A program made the translations under genes and the position numbers. Below, in pieces: positions 40,300-49,746 of a stretch of 64,000 bases of DNA. The notes below the pieces were generated by a model, which saw only the letters and a list, made by a program, of their open reading frames with translations, was not told the DNA's origin and ran no database searches. This stretch comes from an uncultured Methanosarcinales archaeon (GTDB lineage Archaea; Nanobdellota; Nanobdellia; Woesearchaeales; SKGA01), in the NCBI GenBank assembly GCA_964428445.1, contig CAYRYC010000001.1, positions 13,704-77,703 of the forward strand, written 5' to 3'. Numbering within the stretch: position 1 is the first letter of the stretch; each line of letters begins with the position of its first letter.

Positions 40300-40370
40300 A
40301 ATAATTACCTCTTGTTACTACTGAGCGATGACTCGTATATAAATCTATGTGGGAGTTCACCACCCACAAC

Positions 40371-40380
40371 ATTTATATTC
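40371..40380 (+). promoter_or_regulatory. TATA box ~26 nt upstream of GTG start of TrmB-like regulator
   Basis: atttatattc; GTG at 40401. Confidence 0.35.
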
Positions 40381-40400
40381 TCTGAAGAAATACAATCACA

Positions 40401-41117
40401 GTGAAAGAACAATTACTTGCAATAGACTTTGACGATAAGGAAGCAGACATATACACAGCTCTTCTTAAGTTAGATAATGCTAGTGTAAGTGAACTTCTCA
40501 AAAATACATCAATTGAACGAAGAACGATTTACGATGTTTTAGAACGACTCATACAAAAAGGAAGAGCAAGTTATTTCGAAGAAAATAATACACGAAAGTA
40601 TAAAGCCATTTCTCCTGAAATTATTCTTGAAGAACTGAAACACAAACAAAAAGAATTCGAAGCAATAATTCCCAAACTTCAAAGTTTACAAGAAACACCT
40701 AGTGGTGCTAAAGTTGAAATACTCAAAGGATTAAAAGGATTAAAAGCAATATTTCTTGAAGCAATACAGGCAGAACAGACGCACTATTCTTTTGGAGACC
40801 TAAGCCCACTCATGTATGAAGAAAAATATGCAAAAGAAGTAGCAAAATTTCTCAAAGAAATTGAAAAAAAAGGAATGAAGGAAAAAATACTTTATGGAAA
40901 AGGAGATCCTATTAAAAAAATCAAAGGAGGAGAATATAGAACAGTCAACAAAGAAGATATAGCTCCTTCACCAACACTTATTTGTGGAGATGTTGTTACG
41001 CAATATATTTATACTGATCCAATAACCATAATAAAAATAACAAGTAAAGAAGTTTCAGAAACATACAAACAATATTTCAATCATTTCTGGAAACTTGCTA
41101 AAAGAGATAAAAAATGA
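40401..41117 (+). CDS. TrmB-family HTH transcriptional regulator
   Basis: LLAIDFDDKEADIYTALLKLDNASVSELLKNTSIERRTIYDVLERLIQKGRASY is a TrmB-type winged HTH. GTG start. Confidence 0.6.
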   Translation: MKEQLLAIDFDDKEADIYTALLKLDNASVSELLKNTSIERRTIYDVLERLIQKGRASYFEENNTRKYKAISPEIILEELKHKQKEFEAIIPKLQSLQETPSGAKVEILKGLKGLKAIFLEAIQAEQTHYSFGDLSPLMYEEKYAKEVAKFLKEIEKKGMKEKILYGKGDPIKKIKGGEYRTVNKEDIAPSPTLICGDVVTQYIYTDPITIIKITSKEVSETYKQYFNHFWKLAKRDKK

Positions 41118-42166
41118 AACGTAAGAACTCACTAATTACTCCAATAATATTCGCAGCACCATTAGCATATGTAGGATTCGATAGACTAATTGGAGGAATA
41201 ACATCTAATATTCCTCTCCTGCCTCTTATTTCAATAGCTCTAGGAAGTTTTGTTATAACATATTTATTACAACATATACAAAAAAAATATAATAATCCTA
41301 AAACATTCATAGCTTATCATATTTTCTTAACAACAATTTTGTCTTTAGCATTTCTTGCATTAGGAGAAATTATAGCTAAAATAATAAATTTTTTAGGATA
41401 TGCAAAAGAATATTTCTTAGAAATAAGTCTTATTGTAGGTATATGTATCTATGGGTGGGCTCTTTTCGCAGGAAATACAATTATTAACAAAAAGAAAAAA
41501 ATCTATTCTTCAAAGATAAAAAAAGCTTTAAGAATTATTCAAATAAGCGATACTCATCTTCACGGACCATATGTTAGTAAGAGAGTCGATAAAATAATGA
41601 GAAAGTCCATGAAGGAAAATCCTGATTTGATGGTTATAACAGGAGATTTCATTGACAAACCAGGCTTACCTAATGAAACTATGTTTGATGCTATGAAAAA
41701 AGCAAAAATCCCCATATACTATGTTTCAGGAAATCACGAAATAGATTATATTGGTAAAGAAAGAACTAAGAAACTTATTAACAAAATAGGATTAAAATAT
41801 TTATCTAATGAAAGCATTCTTTCTAATGGAATTATGATTACAGGGATAGAAGATGACGCTAGCAATAAACAAATCAAAGATCTTGTGAAGAAGAAAACAA
41901 ACAAATTTCATCTTTATCTAATACATAAACCTCTACGCTTAGATTTAGTAAAAAATAAAGTCGATATGACTCTTTCAGGACATGTACATGCAGGACAAAT
42001 ATTTCCTGGTAAACAAATAGCTAGAGGCTTCTTTAAGTTTGTTTATGGATGGTATAATTATGGAAATACAAAAGTCTATGTTTCTCCAGGAACCCGATCA
42101 GGAGAAATGTATATTAGATTAGGAAGTAGAAACGAAATCACAGTAATTGATTTATTACCTAAATAA
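41114..42166 (+). CDS. membrane-anchored calcineurin-like metallophosphoesterase
   Basis: N-terminal TM helices, then IIQISDTHLHGP, ITGDFID, GNHE and GHVHAGQ metallophosphatase motifs. Start overlaps the upstream stop (ATGA). Confidence 0.65.
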   Translation: MKRKNSLITPIIFAAPLAYVGFDRLIGGITSNIPLLPLISIALGSFVITYLLQHIQKKYNNPKTFIAYHIFLTTILSLAFLALGEIIAKIINFLGYAKEYFLEISLIVGICIYGWALFAGNTIINKKKKIYSSKIKKALRIIQISDTHLHGPYVSKRVDKIMRKSMKENPDLMVITGDFIDKPGLPNETMFDAMKKAKIPIYYVSGNHEIDYIGKERTKKLINKIGLKYLSNESILSNGIMITGIEDDASNKQIKDLVKKKTNKFHLYLIHKPLRLDLVKNKVDMTLSGHVHAGQIFPGKQIARGFFKFVYGWYNYGNTKVYVSPGTRSGEMYIRLGSRNEITVIDLLPK

Positions 42167-42563
42167 GATCTTCTAAAGGAAGTTCAAGTGTTCTTGCGGC
42201 ATTAACAATATCTTTTTTCTCAGAACCAATAACAGTAATAAGAGTTCTAGGTCGGGTTGGAGCAGAGTCTACAAATTCTTTTTTCATTTCATTATATACA
42301 ATAAGAGTTTGATCCAAGAAATACATTTCTGTTTTGTAAGGACCGAGTACAGGAGTATATTTCACATCAGAATTTTCAATATCAGAAATTAAAGCGCCCG
42401 TAAGTTGTCCCAGATTCTTAGCAAAGAAAATCTTTTCATTAGGAACTATGGATGAGCCGATGGGTCCTTGATCAGCACACCAGGTATGAGAATAGGCTTT
42501 GATGGTTTTTTCAGAACCCACATAATTTTTAGAAAATAATTCTTCCATGAAAGAGCAAAACAA
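42159..42563 (-). CDS. hypothetical protein
   Basis: 134-aa ORF, convergent with the metallophosphoesterase gene. Confidence 0.35.
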   Translation of the reverse strand: MFCSFMEELFSKNYVGSEKTIKAYSHTWCADQGPIGSSIVPNEKIFFAKNLGQLTGALISDIENSDVKYTPVLGPYKTEMYFLDQTLIVYNEMKKEFVDSAPTRPRTLITVIGSEKKDIVNAARTLELPLEDLI

Positions 42564-42610
42564 GTCTTAGAATATAAACTTTAAGATTGTATTATAAATG
42601 ATTTGAAAGC

Positions 42611-42618
42611 TTTATAAA
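42611..42618 (+). promoter_or_regulatory. TATA box ~27 nt upstream of srp54 ATG
   Basis: tttataaa at 42611-42618; ATG at 42642. Confidence 0.4.
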
Positions 42619-42641
42619 GACATTCCTGTTCTATCATTCTC

Positions 42642-44003
42642 ATGGTCCTTGATAAATTAGGAGAATCTTTACGAAATAGCCTCAAAAAAATCGGCAATAA
42701 ATCATATGTCGATGAAAAGAGCGTTAATGAACTCGTTAAAGAAATTCAAAGAGCACTTTTACAGGCAGATGTAAACGTCAAGTTAGTCTTCGCTATAGGT
42801 AAAAAGATCAAAGAAAGAGCTCTTAATGAAAAAGTTCCAGTAAAACTATCCACAAAAGACTTCTTAGTTAACATTGTCTACGAAGAACTAGTTGACTTAG
42901 TTGGAAAAGGATCCTCAAAAATTGATGTCGACTCAAAAAAACCATTTACAATCATGATGGTTGGTCTTTTCGGTAACGGTAAAACCACGACAAGTGGAAA
43001 ACTTGCTAATTATTACAAAAAGCGCGGAAAAAAAATGGCTCTTATATCATTGGATACATGGAGACCTGCAGCTTTTGATCAACTTAAACAACTTGGAAAA
43101 CAAATTAATGTTCCTGTATTCGGAGAACCAGAAATTGGTGATCCTGTTAAAATTTATAACAAATTCAAAGATGAACTTTCTAAATTCGATGTGGTTATTG
43201 TTGACACTGCTGGTCGAGATGCTCTTAATGAAGAATTAATTACAGAAATTAAAAAAATAAATTTGGCAGTCAATGCAGACGAAACAATTCTAACAATCAA
43301 TGCAGACATTGGACAATCCGCAGAGAAACAAGCAAAAGCATTCCATGATAACACAAATATAACAGGAGTTATCATGACAAAACTCGATGGAACAGCTCGA
43401 GGAGGAGGCGCACTTGTTGCTTGTACAATCACAGGAACTCCAATCAAATTTATAGGTGTCGGTGAAAAAATCGATGCTCTCGAAGAATTCAAATCTGAAG
43501 GATTCATTGGTCGTTTACTTGGAATGGGAGACTTGGAAAGTTTACTAGATCGAGCAAAAGAAGCAATGACCGAAGAAGACGCTCAAGACATGGGCAGAAA
43601 ATTCCTGAAAGGAGATTTCAATCTTATCGATCTTTACAATCAAATGAAATCCATGAAAAAAATGGGTTCCATGTCCAAAATTGTTGGCATGATTCCAGGG
43701 TTTAGTAATATGAATATTCCTAAAGATATGCTTGAAGGACAGGAAGAAAAAGTTGGAAAATGGAAATACCTTATGGATTCCATGACAAAAAAAGAACTTG
43801 AAGAACCTGATTGCATCAGAGGAAATAGAATTGATCGAATCTCTCAAGGTAGTGGTCAAGAAGTAAGTGAAGTTCGACATCTTCTCAAACAGTATAAACA
43901 ATCTAAGAAAATGATGAAGATGATGAAAGGCATGGACGGCTCTGAAAAAGACATGGGCAAGATGATGCAAAAAATGCAAGGAAAAAAGATGAAGTTTAAA
44001 TAG
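42642..44003 (+). CDS. srp54: signal recognition particle protein SRP54
   Basis: NG domain GLFGNGKTTTSGKLANYY, DTAGR, TKLDGTARGG. Met-rich M-domain (KKMMKMMKGM). Confidence 0.9.
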   Translation: MVLDKLGESLRNSLKKIGNKSYVDEKSVNELVKEIQRALLQADVNVKLVFAIGKKIKERALNEKVPVKLSTKDFLVNIVYEELVDLVGKGSSKIDVDSKKPFTIMMVGLFGNGKTTTSGKLANYYKKRGKKMALISLDTWRPAAFDQLKQLGKQINVPVFGEPEIGDPVKIYNKFKDELSKFDVVIVDTAGRDALNEELITEIKKINLAVNADETILTINADIGQSAEKQAKAFHDNTNITGVIMTKLDGTARGGGALVACTITGTPIKFIGVGEKIDALEEFKSEGFIGRLLGMGDLESLLDRAKEAMTEEDAQDMGRKFLKGDFNLIDLYNQMKSMKKMGSMSKIVGMIPGFSNMNIPKDMLEGQEEKVGKWKYLMDSMTKKELEEPDCIRGNRIDRISQGSGQEVSEVRHLLKQYKQSKKMMKMMKGMDGSEKDMGKMMQKMQGKKMKFK

Positions 44004-44048
44004 TAAAGATTTCTCCTCAACAAACCTTATAGTAACAGAGATGAAAAC

Positions 44049-44252
44049 ATGAACGCAACAGAAGCACAAAGAAGTATTCGCAATGGATTGAATTCTGAAA
44101 AGATCCCTTTTACCTTAGAAGAAAATAAATTTATTGTCGATAACAAATATTATGATAGCGTTAAAGCGCTATTTATGTTCTTTATTGAGAAAGAAGGTGA
44201 AGACCTGCAACTTAAAGTTGATAATGAAATTGTTTCTATTGTTTTTTCTTAA
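44049..44252 (+). CDS. small hypothetical protein (67 aa)
   Basis: Short ORF directly after srp54. Reasonable codon usage but no motif. Confidence 0.25.
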   Translation: MNATEAQRSIRNGLNSEKIPFTLEENKFIVDNKYYDSVKALFMFFIEKEGEDLQLKVDNEIVSIVFS

Positions 44253-44676
44253 AATATTATATTCAAATTATAATTGAGAAAAATTTATTCTAGATTTGAG
44301 TTTAAAAAAAAGGGTTCGCGAATCCGAGGTTTGCTGTTGTGAAAAGGGTGTGTGAGGTGTGTTTTGGAAGCAGAAATACTCCCCGGCCGCTCGCCCAAAA
44401 TAGATATAAATCTAAGATTCATATCTATATGATAGTATGAAGGCTTCACTATATAAACATTTCGATTTTATATCTACTCGCGAGTAGTAAGTCAATCCGA
44501 GCTTAATTTAAACGTTTTTTGTGTGAAAGAAGAGCTAAATGAGTTTGAAAGAGAAAAATACGAGCAAAAATAAGGATTAAAACACCGAAATAACAATATT
44601 TAACTAATTATGCTGGTTTTAAACCCATTTAGCCATTAAAAAACTATTTAAATAAATACTCATTTTTAATCATATA

Positions 44677-45222
44677 ATGAAACAAAAAACACGAATTGGA
44701 AGATATCTAAATGGTGATCGAGAATATCTTTTTCCTCACGAAGTAGATGAATTTAATAGACTTCATGTTTTAAGACACATACAAACAAATAACGCGTTAC
44801 TCAAAAATTTAGATCCAAAATTAGAACAAATATTTTCTATTTATGCATATTCTGAATCAAATAGAAATGTTTTAAATTTGGGAAAATTAAAAAAAAGATA
44901 TAAACTTTCAGAAGAGGGAATCAAATACCTATCTGACAAAAAAAACATAGTTAACATAATTCTTGCAAATGTAAACAAACCATTAGAAAAAGGAAGCGAG
45001 TTAAAACAACACATAGAAAACAGCGGTTACATTCACAGTATATACTCTTTCATGGTTAACAAAGCAATCCTTGTAGATCATACTTTCGACACTCTGCCAT
45101 TAGGCATATTTACAAGAAAAGAAGTTTTTATGCCTCAAGAGTTCATAGACTATGCAGAGCCTATTTTTGAAAAATCTCTTAGTTATAAACCTCAAGATCG
45201 CGAGTTTTCTAATATATATTAA
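44677..45222 (+). CDS. hypothetical protein
   Basis: 181-aa ORF. No motif recognised. Confidence 0.4.
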   Translation: MKQKTRIGRYLNGDREYLFPHEVDEFNRLHVLRHIQTNNALLKNLDPKLEQIFSIYAYSESNRNVLNLGKLKKRYKLSEEGIKYLSDKKNIVNIILANVNKPLEKGSELKQHIENSGYIHSIYSFMVNKAILVDHTFDTLPLGIFTRKEVFMPQEFIDYAEPIFEKSLSYKPQDREFSNIY

Positions 45223-45342
45223 CTAATATTTTAACTGTGCTGAAAAATAAATTTAATGTAATTCTTTTTCAATTATTAGAAATAAAATGGAGCCAATGAA
45301 AAACCCTGAGTTTTTCAGGACATTTAAAATCTGTGATTTGAA

Positions 45343-45415
45343 AGCCTCGGGCGAGATTTGAACTCGCGACCTGTCGCTTACTAAGCGACCGCTATAGCCA
45401 CTAAGCCACCGAGGC
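45343..45415 (-). tRNA. tRNA with anticodon loop UUAGUAA (apparent anticodon AGU, Thr-like body)
   Basis: Reverse-complement reads GCCTCGG-TG-GCTTAGTGGCTATAGC-G-GTCGC-TTAGTAA-GCGAC-AGGTC-GCGAGTTCAAATCTCGC-CCGAGGC-T. The D-arm is identical to the two tRNA-Thr genes nearby. Confidence 0.65.
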
Positions 45416-45471
45416 AAGGCTAATACGGAAAATAAAGACTTTTTTAAATATATTTATTTAGAATAAGAAAA

Positions 45472-45583
45472 AGCCTCCGCCGAGAGTTGAACTCGGGACC
45501 TCTGCATCTTTGAAATTCGATGAATTACAAATCATTCGTACGAATATACCAATGCAACGCTATAGCCACTAAGCCACGGAGGC
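45472..45583 (-). tRNA. tRNA-Thr (anticodon GGU) with ~39-nt intron at canonical 37/38 position
   Basis: Reverse-complement reads GCCTCCG-TG-GCTTAGTGGCTATAGC-G-TTGCA-TTGGTA[intron]A-TGCAG-AGGTC-CCGAGTTCAACTCTCGG-CGGAGGC-T. Confidence 0.75.
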
Positions 45584-45628
45584 AATTATATGGGTTCGGA
45601 GCTGGTTTTCATTTAAAAATATGACGTT

Positions 45629-46117
45629 TTAAGGCAAGTTGTTCAAAACACGAACGCCAACATTTTCAAAATAATTACTCAAATCAGAAGTAAACAAATG
45701 ATGCTTATCACGGGTTAAAATATCTCCTTTTAATGTCACAGCGGCAGCTGCTAGGACTGCATCGGAAGGATCTGCAATGTGCTTAAGCAATTCTCCATCA
45801 ATAGAAGAAACAAATTCTTTCTCATTATAAGAAGAACCCGGAGAAACAGGAACTTCGTAAAAAAACAATCTAAGGCCTCGTTTAATTGCGCTTCGAAATC
45901 TAACTCTAATATTTTCATTAACATCATGAGAATGATAAAGAAATTCTTCTGCGGTAAAACTTGTTATAACAACAGTATTTTCATCACAGAACTTAGCGAA
46001 TTCTTTGGAGTGTCCTTTCTCATATAAAAAATAAAGAAAACAAGTATCGACAAGATAATTAACCTTTTGATTGGTAAGACGATCAAACTTGTCAAATAAC
46101 TCTTTCATAAAAAACAC
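45629..46117 (-). CDS. PIN-domain (VapC-like) nuclease
   Basis: First Asp in VNYLVDTCFL and a late Asp/Ala-rich block ADPSDAVLAAAAVTLKGDILTRD, both typical of PIN domains. Confidence 0.55.
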   Translation of the reverse strand: MFFMKELFDKFDRLTNQKVNYLVDTCFLYFLYEKGHSKEFAKFCDENTVVITSFTAEEFLYHSHDVNENIRVRFRSAIKRGLRLFFYEVPVSPGSSYNEKEFVSSIDGELLKHIADPSDAVLAAAAVTLKGDILTRDKHHLFTSDLSNYFENVGVRVLNNLP

Positions 46118-46546
46118 CTAAACTAAAAATAACAAATATGTTGCAAATGCTACAACAAGACCAATTGCTGCACCAACTAAAACGTGTTCAATAGTATGGC
46201 CATGTTCAATCATAACTTTCTTTTGCAATTTTTTGTTTTTTGTAAGTGATTCTTTTAGAACCATGCCATTTATTCCAACTGCTAATCTTACACCAATTGA
46301 GTCTCTAATAACAATTGCTGCAAATAAAATTGCTAGTGCTACTGTTGATGTAAATCCTTCATAGAAGAATAATAATACAACAAGAGAAATTACGGTTGCA
46401 GTATGTGCGCTCGGCATTCCACCGCTAGTTCCTAAAGCCTTACCAACGGATGGCTTTGATAACCAGAGCATTTTAAACAGTTGTGCGATAAACCAAGAAG
46501 CTAACGCAGCTAAAACAATGATTATTAATTCAATGGGAACATTCAT
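46118..46546 (-). CDS. DUF212/PAP2-related membrane protein (acid phosphatase / vanadium haloperoxidase-related family)
   Basis: GGMPSAHTATVISL matches the GMPSSHSA signature. Three or four TM helices. Confidence 0.55.
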   Translation of the reverse strand: MNVPIELIIIVLAALASWFIAQLFKMLWLSKPSVGKALGTSGGMPSAHTATVISLVVLLFFYEGFTSTVALAILFAAIVIRDSIGVRLAVGINGMVLKESLTKNKKLQKKVMIEHGHTIEHVLVGAAIGLVVAFATYLLFLV

Positions 46547-46821
46547 AATATATACACCTCAATAATACTGTTTTCAAGACTAGGTGTTTTATAAATATTA
46601 GCATTATCATAAAAATTCATTAAATAGAAATTAACCCTTTAAAACAAGAAATTTATTAAAATATATAGCTTAAAAATGAATTTTTAGGATGCTGAAAATA
46701 GAAAAACGCGTTTCACAAAACAAAATAGATAATTTTCTATTTTCAAGCATAAATAATTCACAAACAATTTATATATTGAAAGATAAACCCGTGTTTTCGG
46801 CAAAAAATAGGTAACAACGCA

Positions 46822-47526
46822 ATGGATTCAAAAAACTTAGAATTATGTAAAAACATAGGAAAAGAAGGCGTTGAAACACTAAAAACGAAGACTGTGAGCA
46901 TTATAGGTCTCGGCGGTGTAGGAACAACTGCTTCTCAAATTCTAGCTAGAAATGGCGTAAAGTTACGTGTTGTTGATAAAAATCGAGTTCTTAAAGAAGA
47001 AATGCCTAGAATGACACTATACCAAGTAGAAGATATTGGAAAATTCAAAGCAAAACAAATCAAAAAACGTCTAGAAGAAATAAATTCAAACGTACAAGTA
47101 AAAGTATTTCATGAAGATCTCAGAGAAGAAAACGCATTCCTATTGGATGCGGATCTTATTATAGATGTTAGTAACAATTTTAAAACATCATTATTTGTTA
47201 ATGAATACGCACAAAAAAATAATATACCTTTAGTCTTCTGTAATTATTCAGGATATGAAGGTAATGTTATCACAATTGATAAAAAACAACACAAAGGACC
47301 ATGCATCGCATGTCTTGAAAAAAAACTTAAACTTCCGCCTCATACTAAAGAAGGAGTATTTAGTCCTCTTTCAACACTTTTTGCAGGAATAGTTGCAAGT
47401 GTTGCTTTCAAAAATTTATTAGGAATAGAAAATCTTCATTGCGTCCTTCATGTGGATGTTCTTGAAGCTGAAATTAAACATGTAGAAGTTACAAATAATA
47501 AAGATTGTAAATTTTGTATAAAATGA
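46822..47526 (+). CDS. ThiF/MoeB/TcdA-family E1-like protein with C-terminal CxxC...CxxC
   Basis: Nucleotide-binding loop KTVSIIGLGGVGTTASQILARNGVKLRVVDKN. C-terminal Cys pairs CIACLEKK and CKFCIK. Confidence 0.55.
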   Translation: MDSKNLELCKNIGKEGVETLKTKTVSIIGLGGVGTTASQILARNGVKLRVVDKNRVLKEEMPRMTLYQVEDIGKFKAKQIKKRLEEINSNVQVKVFHEDLREENAFLLDADLIIDVSNNFKTSLFVNEYAQKNNIPLVFCNYSGYEGNVITIDKKQHKGPCIACLEKKLKLPPHTKEGVFSPLSTLFAGIVASVAFKNLLGIENLHCVLHVDVLEAEIKHVEVTNNKDCKFCIK

Positions 47527-48560
47527 AATCACTAAAAGAACAATTAGGTAAAGCAAAAGATTTGTTGCTAAGTAGTGCTCGGCCTTTTTTCTTATTCGAT
47601 GATGATCCAGATGGACTCGCATCATTCCTATTATTATACAAAATGGTTCATGCTGGAAAAGGCATGGCTCTCAAAGGAGCAGTCGTAGATGAACGAATGG
47701 CGGAAAAAGTCAATGCCTATCAACCAGACCTGGTTGTTTTTCTTGATAAAGCAGAAGTTGCTCAAGAATTCTTCGATGAAGTAAAAACTCCTTGTATTTG
47801 GATAGATCATCACGAACCTAAAAAAAGAAATGGAAACATAACATATGTTAATCCTAGATCTTTCAATGCGCAAGATAATCAACCAACAAGTTTACTCTGT
47901 TACCAAATCACAGAAGAAGACGCTTGGATTGCAGCAGTAGGAATTGTTGCAGATTGGCAAATGCCTCCAAAAAACATTCTTGATATTTGTGAAAAAGAAT
48001 ATCCTGGATTCATAGACACAACAATAACTAATCCTCCGGAAGCATTATTTACAAATCCTGTTGGCGAACTAGCTAGAATGTTTTCATTTAATCTAAAAGG
48101 AAGAATGAGCGAAGTCTTAGCATCTATGAAAATTCTTACACGAATTAAAAATCCTAATGAATTACTAAAAAAAGAACACTCTCAAGCTAAATTTGTAATG
48201 AAAAAATACGAACAAAGATTATCAGAATATGTTGAGTTAAGATCCAAGGTTGAAATTGATGAAAGCAGTCCTCTCATAGTATTCGTCTATGACGAAGCAA
48301 AGAATTCCTACACTACAGATTTATCAAACGAATTACTGTTTAAATTTCCTGACAAAATGATTATCATCGCAAGAAAAAGCGGAGAAAGTTACAAATGCTC
48401 CCTACGAAGCAGCACAATGCGAGTAGATATGTTCCTTAAACAAGTCCTTGAACTGGTTGGTGGAAGCGGTGGCGGACACGAACATGCATGCGGAGCAGTC
48501 ATTCCAGAAGACAGTTGGGAAGAATTCTTAAAAGCGCTTAGAAAAGAAGTCAAAGGATAA
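47514..48560 (+). CDS. DHH-DHHA1 phosphoesterase (NrnA/RecJ-like)
   Basis: Motifs DDDPDG and IWIDHHEP (DHH); DHHA1 motif GGSGGGHEHACG. Overlaps the E1-like gene by 13 nt. Confidence 0.7.
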   Translation: MYKMKSLKEQLGKAKDLLLSSARPFFLFDDDPDGLASFLLLYKMVHAGKGMALKGAVVDERMAEKVNAYQPDLVVFLDKAEVAQEFFDEVKTPCIWIDHHEPKKRNGNITYVNPRSFNAQDNQPTSLLCYQITEEDAWIAAVGIVADWQMPPKNILDICEKEYPGFIDTTITNPPEALFTNPVGELARMFSFNLKGRMSEVLASMKILTRIKNPNELLKKEHSQAKFVMKKYEQRLSEYVELRSKVEIDESSPLIVFVYDEAKNSYTTDLSNELLFKFPDKMIIIARKSGESYKCSLRSSTMRVDMFLKQVLELVGGSGGGHEHACGAVIPEDSWEEFLKALRKEVKG

Positions 48561-48699
48561 TTTTTCTAATAATAGTGTCTCCTTGCAGCGTTATTGAATA
48601 AAACAACTAATGAGCAAAAGCGAATTAGAGGATTGTTTTATGATTAAAATTTCGCAGCGAAGCTCGAACAATAAACATACTGCGCGACACGAAAAAAAA

Positions 48700-49137
48700 T
48701 CAAATAATCTTTCTTGTTTCTTTTTCTACAAATAATCTAAGTGATTTCATTTGGGTAATAAGTTCTTTTCCTCGATCTAAAGAAACATGCTTACCATAAT
48801 AATTAACACTATTTCTAGCGAAACGAGAACCATTAAACAAAGTTAAATCAAAATTAGGAAGAAGAAGATTTGTTAATTCCCCCAAACACACATGATTGAG
48901 AACTACAAATCCTTTGAGTAAACAAAAAGAGTCAAGAGTCATACGTAGAGCATCATATTGCAAAGTAAAAATAGTGGAAACAGATTCATTTGTTATTTCT
49001 AACTGAGAAAGTAAATGTTCTTTTTCAAAAGCCATATCTAAAAGAGAAATAGATTTTTCTTCATCAGGGGAACTTTCTTTCACAAATCGTCTACGTTTAC
49101 ATTCATTCAAATCCACGGATAACACCTTGTAAAACAA
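48700..49137 (-). CDS. hypothetical protein, possible HEPN-like partner of adjacent nucleotidyltransferase
   Basis: 145-aa ORF directly downstream of, and overlapping, the MNT gene. A weak R-x(n)-H candidate (RFARNSVNYYGKH). Assignment is by genomic context only. Confidence 0.3.
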   Translation of the reverse strand: MFYKVLSVDLNECKRRRFVKESSPDEEKSISLLDMAFEKEHLLSQLEITNESVSTIFTLQYDALRMTLDSFCLLKGFVVLNHVCLGELTNLLLPNFDLTLFNGSRFARNSVNYYGKHVSLDRGKELITQMKSLRLFVEKETRKII

Positions 49138-49627
49138 TACCTGAAATAATATTGTTCATAAGGTGTTTATTACCTACTTCCTTAATAGAGCTGTGGACAA
49201 AAATCTGCAATTCTTTCGAAAAAAGTTTTTCAAAACGTTTTTGTTGAGGAAATTCATTATTTCCTTCACATTGAATGAATAAATCAATATCACTATCTTC
49301 TCTGTCATAGCCATTACTCATCGAACCGAATAAAACAATGGTTGGTTTGAGATAAAAGTCATTGAGTTCTTCAATTAAACCACTTTCTCGAATTAAACGA
49401 ATGTTGTAAAATATTTTTATATCTCTGTATTCTCGACTAGAAATATGCGCGCTGTATAAATCAAGAATGCGCTCTTTACGATATTGTAAAATATTTTGTT
49501 TGTGAAAATCTTTCAAATATTTACTTGCAGTCGCAGGACTGATTTTTAGGATTCTAGAGATATCTCTAACTGTGAACTCCTTAGAAGGAGAATCGAAGAA
49601 TGGTTTGAGATAGATTAATTCTTTCAT
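49103..49627 (-). CDS. HTH-fused minimal nucleotidyltransferase (MNT-type)
   Basis: N-terminal wHTH (FTVRDISRILKISPATASKYLKDF) plus GS-x9-DxD nucleotidyltransferase motif LFGSMSNGYDREDSDIDLFI. Confidence 0.6.
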   Translation of the reverse strand: MKELIYLKPFFDSPSKEFTVRDISRILKISPATASKYLKDFHKQNILQYRKERILDLYSAHISSREYRDIKIFYNIRLIRESGLIEELNDFYLKPTIVLFGSMSNGYDREDSDIDLFIQCEGNNEFPQQKRFEKLFSKELQIFVHSSIKEVGNKHLMNNIISGIVLQGVIRGFE

Positions 49628-49746
49628 CTGTTCAGAAAAATGAACAGTTGTTTAAAAAACTATGTGTTTACAAACGATAACGTTTTTAAATGAAACTCTG
49701 CTCCACACCCGATAGAAAGGCATTCAGAGTTCTGTTTGCCCTTTTT

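Noticed and set aside
45300-45342. Weak hairpin (cctgag-ttttt-cagg) plus T-tract downstream of the minus-strand tRNA
   Set aside because: It is plausible as a tRNA transcript terminator, but the stem is only 4-5 bp, so it was not reported as a feature.
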